This document shows, one piece after another, positions 41,857 to 55,655 of a stretch of DNA of 64,000 nt. The notes beneath the pieces are model-generated. The model was not told the origin of the DNA. It worked only from the letters and a program-made list of their open reading frames with translations, and ran no database searches. Numbering within the stretch: position 1 is the first letter of the stretch; the number at the start of each line of letters is the position of its first letter. The position numbers and the translations under genes were made by a program. The stretch comes from Octopus sinensis (lineage: Eukaryota). The stretch is from NCBI RefSeq assembly GCF_006345805.1, contig NC_043009.1, positions 34,720,001-34,784,000 on the forward strand. The letters run 5' to 3'.

Positions 41857-42519
41857 AGAGAGAGAGAGACACACACACACACACATATCTATACTTATCT
41901 ATAGATACATGTATAGATATGTGTAAACTGTAAATCGGGGATGGGGTTCTTATCTATACATAGCTAATGAAACAAATTCCGAAATTGAAATCAAACGTTA
42001 TTCAAACGTAATCTGCTTCGGACAAATAAAGCAAATTCTGAAATTGTAATGAAATGTTAGTCAAAATGTAGAGGGATTTTTTTTTATCGCGAATGCCACT
42101 GACTTACGCGGGTACGCGCGACGAGAAACAATGTGCAGTTATTAATGTAACAAGCTGTTAATTCCTTACTGCCTGTTGATGAGCTAAAATTACCCAAATT
42201 TTCAAATTTTAATTCCAAATACCATCAGATTCTTAATTTACGAAATAACGTAATTACTCGAGAAAAATCAAAATTCAGAACTGCATCGATACATCAAGAA
42301 AAATTAAAGGGGGATAATTTTGTGAGTGAAACTTAGAAGATCCGAATTGCCTATAGCTGTTCATTTTCATCAATTCTTTTCGTGTTTTTTATACATATTA
42401 TCTTGTATTTCTTTTGTACTTATAAACTGCATTCATCATGAACCGGCAACAACAACTGGAAGCTGCTCACGCGAAAATGAGGCGCTATCAGCAGACAATA
42501 AGGGAAGAGCAGAGGCAGG

Positions 42520-42832
42520 AAAAAAGCTGTCATTACTTTCGAGACAGTACTTCGTGATACACCAAACATTTCGGCTGTTTTCATAACGCTGGCGCTTGTC
42601 ATACGAACACCAACAATTTCACCTCTTTGAAAGAATGAAAGATCTGTCATTTTAATGAATTTTAATTACTTTTTTCTGATATCTTGAAACAAACAGCCAG
42701 CAAAACATATTAAGCAGCATAAATAATAAATAAAAAAACATAAAAATAAACACGCTTTTGAGGATTTAAAGATATTTCACAATTATGATGCTATGATGCT
42801 AGGTGTTTCCATAATTTTGTCCATCTCCTGTG
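42520..42832 (-). mobile_element. Tc1 transposon 5' end (TIR + HTH N-terminus)
   Basis: TIR TA-CACAGGAGATGGACAAAATTATGGAAACACC. Encodes MTDLSFFQRGEIVGVRMTSASVMKTAEMFGVSRSTVSKVMTAF. Confidence 0.82.
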
Positions 42833-43294
42833 TATATATATATATATATGCATTTGTTTGTTTGTGTTTCTCCTCCCACCATTGTTTGACAACCGATGTT
42901 GGTGTGTTTACATTCCTATAACTAAGCGGTTCAGTAAAAGAGGCCGCTTGAATAAGTACTAGGCTTACAAAGTCCTGCGAACGATTTGTTTGACAAAAAG
43001 GCAATACTCCAGCATTCTTTTACTTGTTTCAAGTGACTGAAGTAATTAAAAAAATAAAAGTATGTATATATATAACAATAATAATAAATATTAGGGAATA
43101 TATCCAAACTTACAGGGAAAAATCAGATTTAGGATTGAATCCAATTTTATAGTAAAATATTATATTATATTAAATTAGAGATAAAACCACTATTAGTCAA
43201 ATCATACAATGAAAAACTTAAGCCAATACATAAGATTATTTAATTTATATTATTTAAATATATAACAAAATTATTAAAAAAATATAATTGTTAT

Positions 43295-43363
43295 AACACT
43301 ACGATCGTTTCATGGCTGTCAATTTCTTTAAATTTTCGAGTTACAGTCATTCATCAGGTGGTT
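43295..43363 (-). ncRNA. Minimal type I hammerhead ribozyme motif (left copy of inverted pair)
   Basis: CAC-CTGATGA-ATGACTGT/ACAGCCAT-GAA-ACGATCGT (palindrome)-A-GTG on the minus strand. Confidence 0.75.
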
Positions 43364-43904
43364 TAAATATCAGACTCTTCTTTCGTCAGTTCTGGTCTGT
43401 CTAACACTGATAGCATGATTGTAAAATGCCCAGTAATATAATTTAGATGGCTTTAAAAGACAGCCCTTACTTATCGGTGATCTCTTTCACATGGTCAGCT
43501 AGATCCGAGTGTTGTACACATGAATTTATATGTATGTGTGTGTGTCTGTCTGTGTGTGCGCGTATACATAGAAAATGTGTGTATGATAGGTTGATGTTGA
43601 CGGCGAAGAAAAAAAAGGGTAAAAAGAGGTCTGAGTTGATATTTAAAAAAAAAGATCCTTAAGCGGTAGAAACTACAAGATAAGAAGTAGTAGTGTCTCG
43701 AATAATGCCAGGCAAATCAGCGGTGCCAAGCAAGAATTAGATGGACCCAGAGCGAGTACCTGCCGCTACACGACTGATTGTGAAGCATCGCCGATAAGTA
43801 AGGGCTGTCTTTTAAAGCCATCTAAATTATATTACTGGGCATTTTACAATCATGGTATCGGTGTTAGACAGACCAGAACTGACGAAAGAAGAGTGTGATA
43901 TTTA

Positions 43905-43973
43905 AACCACCTGATGAATGACTGTAACTCGAAAATTTAAAGAGATTAACAGCCATGAAACGATCGTAGTGTT
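43905..43973 (+). ncRNA. Minimal type I hammerhead ribozyme motif (right copy of inverted pair)
   Basis: Core 43911-17, stem II 43918-25/43949-56, GAA, ACGATCGT 43960-67, A17 43968, stem I CAC/GTG. Confidence 0.75.
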
Positions 43974-44093
43974 ATATTAATTATATTTTTTTAATAACTT
44001 TGTTATATATTTAAATAATATAAATTAAATAATCTTATGTATTGGCTTAAGTTTTTCATTGTATGATTTGCCTAATAGTGGTTTTATCTCTAA

Positions 44094-44154
<61 letters not shown>

Positions 44155-44384
44155 CTATGTGTGTGCGCGTGTATGTGTATATATGTATATATGTATATAT
44201 GAGTGTGTACAATAACAACTACGTAATAATATATCAAAATAATATATATATACACCAATTTAAAGCGACATTTTTAAATAAAAAATTGACTGAAATATGA
44301 TGAGCTAACAAACTTCCATAGTCGCTCTATTTCCCTCACTTACAAAGCCCAGTTTGTTTACAAATATATACATACAACACATAC

Positions 44385-44468
<84 letters not shown>

Positions 44469-44566
44469 ATATATGTGCATACATTATATGTATGTATATA
44501 TATATATACATACATATATATATGTATATATATAAATACATACATATATATATATATATACGTATG

Positions 44567-44650
<84 letters not shown>

Positions 44651-44828
44651 GCACTATATTGTTTCCTGTGTATTCAGGCGTTTAACTGCAAGCATATTTA
44701 ATTAGATCTATCTCAATATTTCGAGTTTTTTCATCATACTAGCACCTTTATATCAATAAAGTACATTTTTGTATGGCAAGGTTTAATATATTTGTCATTG
44801 TAAACACATGTGTGTATGTGCGTGTATT

Positions 44829-44866
<38 letters not shown>

Positions 44867-45329
44867 AGTGTGTATATGTTTGTTTATGTGCGAGTGCATC
44901 TTTCGTAAATGTTTATCCTCGTGATACCTGTAAATGAGAAAACAAATTCGGTGTATTTGAAAAAAACAAACTGTGCACGTGAGTGTGCACGCGTGTGTGT
45001 ATATGTTTTGAGAGAAGGACAGAGAGTAAACGCTGAAATAAATTGTAATACAATGTCAGAACCTAAATAAATTTCAATGGCTGGGAATTAAGAGGTGTGA
45101 TAGATATTATTTTATTGATCTTACAATCCTTGTATCTTTGAACTGCAAACTCATCAATGAAAATCGACTGAGAACAAGGCCAAAAGGTGAGAGGAAATAT
45201 TTGAATTCATTGAAGCTGTACTTGATAATTTGCTGTCAGGGATTCTGTGAAGTGCAATGTTGTCGGTTGCAGGTTTACAGGGAGACACTCAAGGTATTTA
45301 TGTTGGCCCCACAGGCAATGTTACATATG

Positions 45330-46130
45330 TGGCACAACCGTCACCACGCCGGCAAAAAGCATAGCGTCATTTCATTCGTCTTTATGTTCTGAGTTCAAAT
45401 TCCGCCGAGTTCGATTTTGTCCATCATCCTTTCGGGCCCAATAAAATAAGTACCAGTTACCTCTCCCCTAAAATTTCAGGCCTTGTGCCAAAATTTGAAA
45501 CCAATACTACATACGTTAATAAGGCGGTGAGCTGATGGAACCATTAGCATGGCAGACAAAATTCTTAGCGACATTTCATTCGTCTTTACGTTCTGAGTTC
45601 AAATTCCGCTGAGGTCGACTTTGCCCTTCATCCCTTCGAGGTCGATAAATTAAGTACCAGTTGATGTAATCGACAACCGTTCTTCTTTAAAATTTCAGAC
45701 CTTGTGCCTATAGTAGAAATGATTATTTTTTATTATTAAGAGCAGCTAAACTGTCGAGCTGGCAAAACCGGTAGAGTGTCGGAGAAAATGACCTGAGGCA
45801 CTTCTACGGTCTCGTTACATTCTGGGCTTAAATCCTGACGAGGTCAACTTTTCCGTGCATCCTTTTGGGGATCGATAAAATTATGTACCAGTTATGTACT
45901 GACGCCAATGTCATCTATTAACATCCTCCCTCACAAATGCTGGTCTTCTGCTTAAATCAGGAACTCCTATCACTAAGAATGAATTTCTTTACTGCCCACA
46001 AGGGGTTAAACATAGAGGGGACAAACAAGGACAGACAAAGGGATTAAGTAGATTACATCGACCCCAGTGGGAAACTGGTACTTTATTTATCGACCCCGAA
46101 AGGATGAAAGGCAAAGTCGACCTCGGATAT
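45330..46130. mobile_element. Cluster of four SINE family B copies (three +, one -)
   Basis: Repeated GTTCTGAGTTCAAATTCCG..GAGGTCGACTTTGCC...AAGTACCAGTT blocks. Confidence 0.75.
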
Positions 46131-46406
46131 CAGAAATGATAGAGCACTGGAGAAAATGCTTTACGGTATTTAGATGTGGCCGTTTGGTTTCTCAATCTTA
46201 ATTTCACTGATCTCAAGATTCAGTGAATTCAAAAACTACTAACATTGATCTAAACGTTTAGACTTTTCCCAAACTTCAGGCCTTCTCTAAACTTCAGCTA
46301 ATGCTAGAAATCATCTATCAATATTCAAGCAGTTATGTTGATATTGCAGTGTCATGATCATGATTTCGACTTAATGTGTGTGTGTGTGCTTGTGTATGTG
46401 TGTGTG

Positions 46407-46466
<60 letters not shown>

Positions 46467-47204
46467 TATATGTGTGCGCATAGTGCTGAGCCGCGATATT
46501 TTCTGAATACTCTCTATCTTTCTTATACAGACACAAGTATACAACCAGATAAAACCATTATGTCGAGGCGGTTATATATTTGTATTTATTTTAACTATTT
46601 CCTAATTAATGGGAACTAATAGAGAGTTTCTATCTTTCATACATTTTTGATATCACTTTTGCCATGTCTTTATACTACAGTAATTTCTCCATTTCTTCTG
46701 ATGATTTTTTTTTACAATATCTGGATGATTATCCTTACTCGCTTTGTGTGCGTAAATTTATACATTCCTGGATATTCACAAATGTTCATAATGTGAAACA
46801 GCTTGCGTCTTTCATCTACACATACACCATGATACTGATATACTCCTATCTCTATTGAATTCGATTCTACCCTCATTGTTCGCTAATACAGTGTAACTAC
46901 AAATCATGTAACTAGTACTCCACAGTTTCCAGAAATACAGTTACATTTTGCATTCTATCTCTTTGTATATGTGTCGGTCGTCTCTGGAAGTAGGACTTTG
47001 AATTTTGAGTCCTGACTTTGTAGAGTTTGTTTATCTATTTACTTTCTATACAAAGCATTTTCTTGCCAACATTTTAGCAAGGTATTTTGTAGTCAGTTTT
47101 TAAATTTAGGATGCAGTTATATCTGATTTTGACTTGTCTTTTCATAGTCTATAGAATTATTGGAATTAGTCTCCCTTCAATTTTCACCCTATATTTTGTA
47201 GTCC

Positions 47205-47477
47205 TACTCTACTCTTTTTTTTACTCTTTTACTTGTTTCAGTCATTTGACTGCGGCCATGCTGGAGCACCGCCTTTAGTCGAGCAAATCGATCCTGGGAC
47301 TTATTCTTTGTAAGCCCAGTACTTATTCTATCGGTCTCTTTTGCCGAACCGCTAAGTGACGGGGACGTAAACACACCAGCATCGGTTGTCAAGCAATGCT
47401 AGAGGGACAAACACAGACACCACAAACGCACACACACACATACACACACAGAAACACACACACACACACACACACAC

Positions 47478-47550
<73 letters not shown>

Positions 47551-47718
47551 GTACGTATATACGACAGGCTTCTTTCAGTTTCTGTCTACCAAATCCACTC
47601 ACAAGGCTTTGGTCGGCCCGAGGCTATAGCAGAAGACACTTGCCCAAGATGCCACGCAGTGGGACTGAACCCGGAACCATGTGGTTGGTTAGCAACCTAC
47701 TTACCACACAGCCACTCC
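47205..47718 (-). mobile_element. SINE family A copy
   Basis: Full-length homology. Expanded internal (CA)n(TA)n. Confidence 0.88.
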
Positions 47719-48311
47719 TGTTATTTTATAACAGTTTTCTAGTTGTAGACCTCCTCTAATCTCCCTGTGTTCGTAGATTATATAATCAGTGACGAGTTTC
47801 TGTATTCTAAATGTGCCTATTGCTATTATTTTATTTTTATGAAGGGCTCATAATTTATTGAGATTCCTGTTGGGAACATTGGCATTAGTAAATATTTTGG
47901 CAACAACGATAATATTGCTGCATATTGCTTTAATAGTGATATTTAAGTCAATCTGAGCATTTAATCGTAGGTTTTTACATTATTCCTTCCTGACATTTTC
48001 TCTTCATTTTGTGTGTGTATGACTAGTTCATTCATTTCTAATAATTTGTGAGTTTCTTCTTTGTATTAACTCTACTTAACGTTTTTTCATAACATTTTTC
48101 ATACCATGTTCACGATTTTTTCCCGAGCCAAATTTCACTAAAATGTTTCGATTGGATAAATACTGCATAGGCAGCAGCAATCCAAGTTTTTGCATCTACA
48201 ATATACATACTTTAGGCCGAAGCTAATTGTCGTCCCGTTGCATAAATAAGTAATTTTCATCCTCAAATACGTGATGCTGATTAAGGAGGGATATATATAT
48301 ATATATGTACA

Positions 48312-48347
<36 letters not shown>

Positions 48348-48356
48348 TATTATATA

Positions 48357-48389
<33 letters not shown>

Positions 48390-48487
48390 GTTAATCCAAA
48401 CAAGAAAGCACAAAAAAGCACAACAACGCGAGGACGTGGAACAAATATAGTATTATTGGACGCTCAGGAAAGAAGGAAACAAGGAGA

Positions 48488-48522
48488 GTTTAACGTTTTG
48501 AGCGGAGCTCTTCGTCGGAAAC
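48488..48522 (-). ncRNA. Degenerate minimal type I hammerhead motif (CCGACGA core, G12A)
   Basis: GTTT-CCGACGA-A-GAGC/GCTC-AAA-ACGT-T-AAAC. Confidence 0.45.
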
Positions 48523-48583
48523 ATAGGAGAAGGAAAGATCCAGAGAAGGGAAGACAGAGAAAAAAAAATATATATATATATAG

Positions 48584-48626
<43 letters not shown>

Positions 48627-49264
48627 GAGAGAGAGAGAGAGAGTGAGAGAGAGCGAGAGAGAAACTCAGAATGTCTCTTTTCTGTAAGGAAACAATTTAA
48701 AAAAGTATTCTATATTTACTCGTGACACGTTTAAAGTAAAGTATCTACTTTTATTGGCGCTAGTTAATTTACGTATGATATTCCCAAAATCTAGGAGAGA
48801 GAGAGAAAGGGAGGGAGGGAGGGGGGAGAGAGGAAGACTGCCAAAAGACGCCTGTTAATCAAGTTATGCCATATATCTTTCTCTTATAATATTCTTCGGT
48901 TATGTAGTTGATTGCTCATTGATTATTACATGCATGTAACTTTTAGAGGTATCCTGTATGGTCTTCCAAATACAATCTTTTACTTCTTCGTGAGCAGTTA
49001 TTCTTTGCGACGATAATACTGTTATGGTTAATATTCTGTAGACAGGTTATCAGCCTGCTGTTCTGCGTGTGCGTAAGTGTGTGAGAAAGGAGATAATGTT
49101 TTGTTAGTTTAGGGAATTAAGGTGATTTTCCTCTTGGTGAAGCCTTTCAGTGTTATCTCAGGATTTTCAGTAGCTTGTGGAATATTTCTGAAAACATGTG
49201 TTGAATGCATATCAATTTAGTCAAAATTTGATATTTTGACTTTTATTATTTATGCTTTTATTAA

Positions 49265-49440
49265 GGCTGCGAGGTGGCAGAATCGTTTAGCACGCCGGAC
49301 AAAATACTTAGGGGCATTTCGTCCGTCTTTATGTTCTGATTTCAAATTTGACCGGAGTCGACTTTGGCTTTCATTCTTTCGAGGTCGAGAAAATAAGTAC
49401 CAGTTGCGGACTAAGGGTGATGTAATCGACTATCCCCCCA
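49265..49440 (+). mobile_element. SINE family B copy
   Basis: GGTGGCAGAATCGTTTAGCACGCCGGACAAAATAC head. Confidence 0.72.
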
Positions 49441-50498
49441 CCCAAATTTATATATCTATTTATAACGCGATTGATGACTAATAATGTCATTAATTAAATA
49501 TTTATGATTTCACTGTATTTCTCATTAGGTCAGTGACAGGGGAGTGTCTATGACCTTTTATAGAACGCAAAATCTGAAAATACTTCGTTAGAAAAGAACT
49601 AGTTGTTTTTATCTGCTTGTGTTCTTTTGTTTTTCTTTACACCAGTCCTCTTCCACAGATATACATCTACAAATATACACCTATTCAAAGATAGACATTC
49701 GCAAATCATCAAGCTGTGTGGCTGTTGACTTCATTATGTATTTTAGAAGAGATTGGCATTTTTAACTTAAACTCCATATGCACATTAAACTAAATTAGAT
49801 ACACTGGACACTCGAAAGCAGCTCATGATTCATCATATTCTGTTCACGAAAAGTTTGTAGAATAAAGCAATAGAGTAGTTTTAGATTTGTCCGATAACAC
49901 ACGCACTATCGACTAAAACTTGTCTTTACTCTAAAGTACACTACATAGGGACGTAATCTCAGACGTAAATAGATACCATAATTTTTGAAAGATTTACTTC
50001 TCCTTTATATTTGCTTCAATGAGCAGAATGTATTTATATGTGTATCTACCTTTATTATCCTTATTTTTACTTTTATTATCCTGATTTTATTACTCTTGTT
50101 TTTACTTCTATTACTTTAATTTTATTTCTTATTTCATTTCTTACTTTATTTTTTAACTTTTATCTTTTCTTTCTATCTTATACACGCTAATTAAATATAA
50201 ACTCAATCCACTCTAAGCTGAATAGTGGTACAGTATGGGCATATTTTTGAAATCCAACGAACCTTTATACAAATATACCTTTTCAAAGAGATGTGATAAA
50301 CCTATTATAATGGGTAACACTACGTGTACTTTTTATTTTGTGATGTAATCTTTGGACTAACAATGTTTGCGGCTGAAGAGAGCTTTAAACCATCTTTTAT
50401 ATCAATAATATACCTATGCTGATGTAATAACAGATGGTTTATAAAGCTTGAAACACGTGTACCGCGATATCCTTTGTGTTCTGTTTTCAATTTATGTT

Positions 50499-50530
<32 letters not shown>

Positions 50531-50532
<2 letters not shown>

Positions 50533-50774
50533 TCTTACTCTACTATTTTACTTGTTTCAGTAACTTGACTGTGGCTATGCTGGAGCATTGCCTTTAGTCG
50601 AGCCAATCGACCCAGGATTTATTTTTTGTAAGCCTAGTACTTATTCTATCAGTCTCTTTTGCTGAACCGCTAAGTTACGGGGATGTAAACCCACCAGCAT
50701 CGGTTGTCAAGCGATGCTGGTGGGGACAAACACAGACACACAAACATGTACACACACATACATACATACGCACG

Positions 50775-50808
<34 letters not shown>

Positions 50809-50845
50809 CATACATACATACATACATACATACTTACATATATAC

Positions 50846-50894
<49 letters not shown>

Positions 50895-51058
50895 TGTATA
50901 CGACGGGCTTCTTTCAGTTTCCGTCTGTCAAATCCACTCACAAGGCTTTGGTCGCCCCAAGCCTATAGTAGAAGACACTTGCTCAAGGTGCTACGCAGTG
51001 GGACTGAACCCGGACCCATGTGGTTCGTAAGCAAGCTACTTACCACACAGCCACTCCT
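50531..51058 (-). mobile_element. SINE family A copy
   Basis: Full-length homology. Confidence 0.85.
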
Positions 51059-51059
51059 C

Positions 51060-52050
51060 TCGTGTTTTTCGTGTGGTTTGCTTTGTTTTAGATGTTTCTG
51101 TACGAAGGAGATTATCGATGTCCCCGTTTATTGTCAGATTCAATATTTTCAGTTTTATATCTTAGATCTTTTCCCAAATTAACCTGTGTTCATATTTTTG
51201 CTGGTGTAGTTATGGTTCGACTACTGGTGGTCAATAATCCTATATATACTTATAAACTTTCACTCAGAAGGAGTAGGTCAACCCAAAGCTATCAAAGGAG
51301 AAATTTAAGCAATGTTTCACACGGCGTAACTAAACTCAGAGCCACAAGATTGCGAAGCCTCCCTTTATTTTTGGGTATTTTCCAATAATTCTTATGCTGC
51401 TGCATTCAAGTTTTGTTTTGATTTCTTATATCTTCCTATCATTCTATTGTTTTGTTTGTTACTTTATAAACTTTTTCCTCTGTAGCGAGTGTGCCAACAA
51501 CTATTCCCAGTACTAACACTTCCTTTGCCATTTGTACTGCAACGGTTTCAATTTTATTTCATCTTGTTCTTGGAAAATTCTTTTTCGTCGAAGATGAAGC
51601 GTTTGTTTATTTTATTCAAAGAATCTTTGTCGCTATTCATATTGAATTCCTTAAGATTCAGCGAGGTTCTTTTTGCATCAAACACTCTTTGGTTTCGGGC
51701 ATTTCTTTTTCTTTTGCTATTTTAATATATTTTTGAATTACTTGTATCTTTTCATTTATTTTTCATTTGCGTCGTTTTCGTTGTTAATCTCATTAAGGAT
51801 TGAGAATTGTCTTCTTTTATCTTTCTTTTTGCTATCTCTTCGTGTTTTCCGTGTGCTTTGCTTTGGTTTAGATGTTTTTGTACGAAGGAGGTTATCGATT
51901 TTAATTATATAACTATTTCCCCCTTTATTGTCAGATTCAATATTTTCAATTTTATATCTTAGATCTTTTCCCATATTAAACCTGTGTTCATATTTTTGTT
52001 GATGTAGTTATGGTCCGACTACTGGTGGTCAATAATCTATAACTATGCCT
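51060..52050 (-). mobile_element. Probable Penelope-like RT N-terminal remnant with a ~190-bp direct duplication
   Basis: 51060-51240 repeats at 51840-52045. 'IESDNKGGN..II' resembles the PLE 'ADKG..IVI' motif. Confidence 0.35.
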
Positions 52051-53546
52051 GGATTTTACCATTATTTCTTTTGTAAATTTTGCTTTACTATATTTATTTT
52101 CGAGATTTATGCTCTCCTTTTTCTCTCTTCCTGTTTGGTATTCTGTTTGTTTTTGTCATCATTGATAGGTTTGTTGCGTGTTGTATTTGTATATGTGATA
52201 TCTTTTCCCTTTTAAGTGTATATCATCTTAAATTTGCTCTTGTGTTAGTCTCCAAATTACTCCAACATCAATGTTATTATCTCCTTCGATATACAAGTAT
52301 GTTGTGCCATTACTATTTTAAGAATGGCGTATTGCTGTAATTATTGTTTTTAAGTTTTTAACTCCACGATAATCCTGCTCGACCAGGCCTGATTATAGGT
52401 GTTCCAGCCAGGACCATATGGTCATTCTGTATTTTATTATTACATTCTTCAATGTACACTTCGTTTTATAAGATTATGGGATCTTGTAGATCTCCTGTCT
52501 GCATCGTTTCATCATTGAAACGAGAGTGAAACTGAAAAATATGCATGTAGCATGAAGACGCATTCACTTCGGAATTACATACCAATCATCATCATTGTTC
52601 GACCGTGGTCGAGACAATGGAATTTACTATGCTACGCCAGACTTCACGGTTCATCATAGCATTACGGAGGTCCTGTTGCTGGATGCCTGTATCCCTGGAG
52701 ATTACATCAGGGTAGGAGAGTTTGCGCCCTCTGGTATCGCGAGTAGATGGCTTCCAGAGGAGAAGAGCAGAAATTACCTAGTTTTCACCTCTACAACAAA
52801 GTCCAGCAAACTGGATTCTACTACCTTTCACAAGAGATGATACAGGTGGTAGTTTCCCATATATTTGTACTTTGGTTGAATGACGCTTCCACGAGAGATT
52901 TTGAGCTCTCATAAGGAGGCGAGTTAGATATGTTGCTGTCTAGCTAGGGGTTGACGATTGTCGAGCAACTTATAACAGAAGGCGTTTAACTCATTGCTAA
53001 ACGGAGTCCCAAGACGACGTTATACAGCGTGAACTTTATAAGACGCTATGATGAAGATTGAAGGAAATTTAGCTGCTCATTCTACCAGATCGTGTAATCA
53101 CATAAAAAACTCCATCAAAACTCTGAAGTAGTCGACGTCTCTAGATATTCAAAGCGATACTGATCTTTCGATTATATTATCTGTCAACTTTATATTTCAA
53201 CCATCGATAAAATAATAGTCAGCTTTTTCCCTAATCTGAATTGCGTTATTAGCTTTGTTATTCATTATTTATATTTGTCTTATGCACACTGACAATTATC
53301 TTTTGATGTTACTTACACAAAGCTAAAGGCTTTGGTGAAGACTTTGGTAACTGTTCTACACACGCAAGCCCGCACGCACGCGCGCACTCACTCACTCAGA
53401 CACTCACTCACTCACTCACACGCGTACACACATAGATGCAGGAAATTTTCTATATGGAATGTATCTACATAATCAGAATTCATCAATATTGTCGATCGTT
53501 TGATATACTCAACAATGTCTAATCTTTTTTATTTATTCTTTTTCAG

Positions 53547-53611
53547 CTCTGATTTCCTTCAAACCCTTATCGAAGCATACGACAGCAGTATTCCTCCAGG
53601 ATTTGACAGAG
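53547..53611 (+). CDS. Cys-loop (anionic GlyR/GABA/GluCl-like) receptor, internal exon encoding the N-terminal helix: SDFLQTLIEAYDSSIPPGFDR
   Basis: Acceptor ttttcAG (53545-46), donor GTAAGT (53612). 65 bp, phase 2 to 1. Resembles GlyR 'SDFLDKLMG..GYDARIRPNF'. Splices in frame (G|AA = Glu) to 59920. Confidence 0.85.
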
Positions 53612-53636
53612 GTAAGTTTATATATATATGTATATA

Positions 53637-54030
53637 CTAGCAGTATCGCCCGGCGTTGCTCGGGTTTGTAAGGGAAATAACTATATAAGCATTTTTAGAG
53701 ATGTAAAGTATAATAGCCATCTCAATATGGCTAACCACAAAGGGGGGGGGTGTTACTGTAGCTTTTTACGTTCTGAGATTTAATAATATATTTTTAGAGA
53801 GTTACTTCCCTTATATATGCCAAAAATGCATTAAAAATGGGAAAAATTGATGGTAATTTTTTTTAAAAATCGTAGACTCATCGTAGACGCGCGCTAATAC
53901 CCAGAAGGGCTCGATATGAATCACGACTATAAGGTAACCAGTTTTGGTTAATCTGAACCGCAAAATGTGGGAGTAGTTAGGAATCTAAATCGTAGGAGAC
54001 AGACAGCACACAACCTCTCTTTTATATATA
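53637..54030 (-). mobile_element. Non-autonomous Helitron-like element, same family as 12217
   Basis: Identical terminus CTAGCAGTATCGCCCGGCGTTGCTCGGGTTTGTAAGGGAAATAACTATA. Starts 25 bp after the donor GT at 53612. Confidence 0.72.
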
Positions 54031-55234
54031 AAGATATATATATATATATATATATATACGAATGTGTGTATATGAGTGTGTGTGTCTGTGTGTATGTGTG
54101 TATGCATGCACGTGTCTTTGTGTTACACATACATACAGACATAGTGTGTGTATGTATGTGTATATAGATTAATTCATTTTAACCAAACGCTGCAAGTTTT
54201 TTTATGTTGGTTGCAATAATATTACAAAGTTTAACGAAGTGATTCGTTTATTGTTTGTTCTATTATTGACCTACATCTAACAAATTGACAAACAATTTTG
54301 ATATAATTTGGTACAGGTTTTCATGTTACTGTTTTTATCTGAGGCTCACCCTGACTTAAAACAAAATCTACGAATAAAGATCTTCAAATCGTTACTATAA
54401 TATATTTATCGTCATACTGAACTGTATCATTCACCATTTTTTTTTTGCTGGGGAAAGGCTAGGATGTTATTCGGGGGAAAATTTTAATTGGTTAATATTT
54501 CTCGCAAGGTGAACACCATAAAGAAGTCCCTTCATAGATATGTATTTTTGTATCTTAGAGTTTGACGCGGGTGTAGTGATTCTCTCTCCACATAGTATCT
54601 AGTTACAAGCTGGAAAAACTTTGGTTGAGAATGGCATCTCTGCGAAGATTGACTGTATTTTTAGGTGTTGTTCCTGAAATGGTTTTAGCAGCGATCAAAT
54701 AGCACTGTACGAGTTAACTTCTCTTGTTTGTAATTCAAAAATATTTTAATGACATTTTTTCTCTGGTGTCTGCATTTTGATAATAACTTCTCTTTTCCGA
54801 GCACATCGATGAAATGTACGAAGATGAATTTTTCATTTAGAATGCTATTTTTTGCATTGTAAACGACAGGGGTTCTCTAGTGGCCTGATTTAACTGTACG
54901 TAGTTCTATTTTGTATTTGTTGTGGCGTTTCATTGTAGGTAAACACTGATCAAACATACAACTATTCAAATGCATTCCAGTCGCAACCCTGCCATTTTTA
55001 GAAGCATCTAGGAATATATTATGTAATGTGCCCTCACACCTTTGAGGACATAATTTGAGGGGGATTTAACTACTGTATATAACAATCGAGTGACCACATG
55101 CAAGCTAATTTCAGTTCAGAGTTCGTAGTTCGCTTTGCCATAATGGATTCTACTGTTTCAACGTTGCATATTCAAAACAATGATTTCAACATTATAATAT
55201 TACACATTTAGAGATGGTCTCTTATATTTTATTC

Positions 55235-55655
55235 TTTAATTCTTTTATTTGTTTCAGTCATTTCATTGCGGTGATGCTGGAGCACTGTCTTTAGTCGAGA
55301 AAATCGACCCCAGGACTTATTCGTTGTAAGCCTAGTACTTATTCTATCGGTCTCTTTTGCCGAACCGATAAGTTACGGAGACATAAACACACTAGCATCA
55401 GTTGTCAAGCGATGTTGGGGGGACAAACACAGACACGCAAACATACCACACGTGCGCGCGCGCACACACATATATATATAGAGAGAGACGATTGGCTTCC
55501 TTCAGTTTCCGTCTACCAAATCCACTCACAAGGCTTTGGTCGGCCCGGGGCTATAGTAGAAGATATTTGCCCAAGATATTTGCCACGCAGTGAGGCTGGA
55601 CCCAGGACCATATGGCTGGGAAGCAAGCTACTTACCACGCAGTCACTCCTGCGCT
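55235..55655 (-). mobile_element. SINE family A copy
   Basis: Homology to family A. Confidence 0.8.

Larger units (their letters stand above)
43173..44095. repeat. ~309-bp inverted repeat (43173-43481 / 43787-44095), probable Penelope-like pseudo-LTRs
   Basis: Arms align at high identity. Each carries a hammerhead motif. Confidence 0.85.

Noticed and set aside
42326-42586. Signal-peptide-like ORF as first exon of the receptor
   Set aside because: No in-frame ATG (a stop precedes the GTG) and no suitable phase-2 donor. The 3' part is the antisense of a Tc1 HTH remnant.
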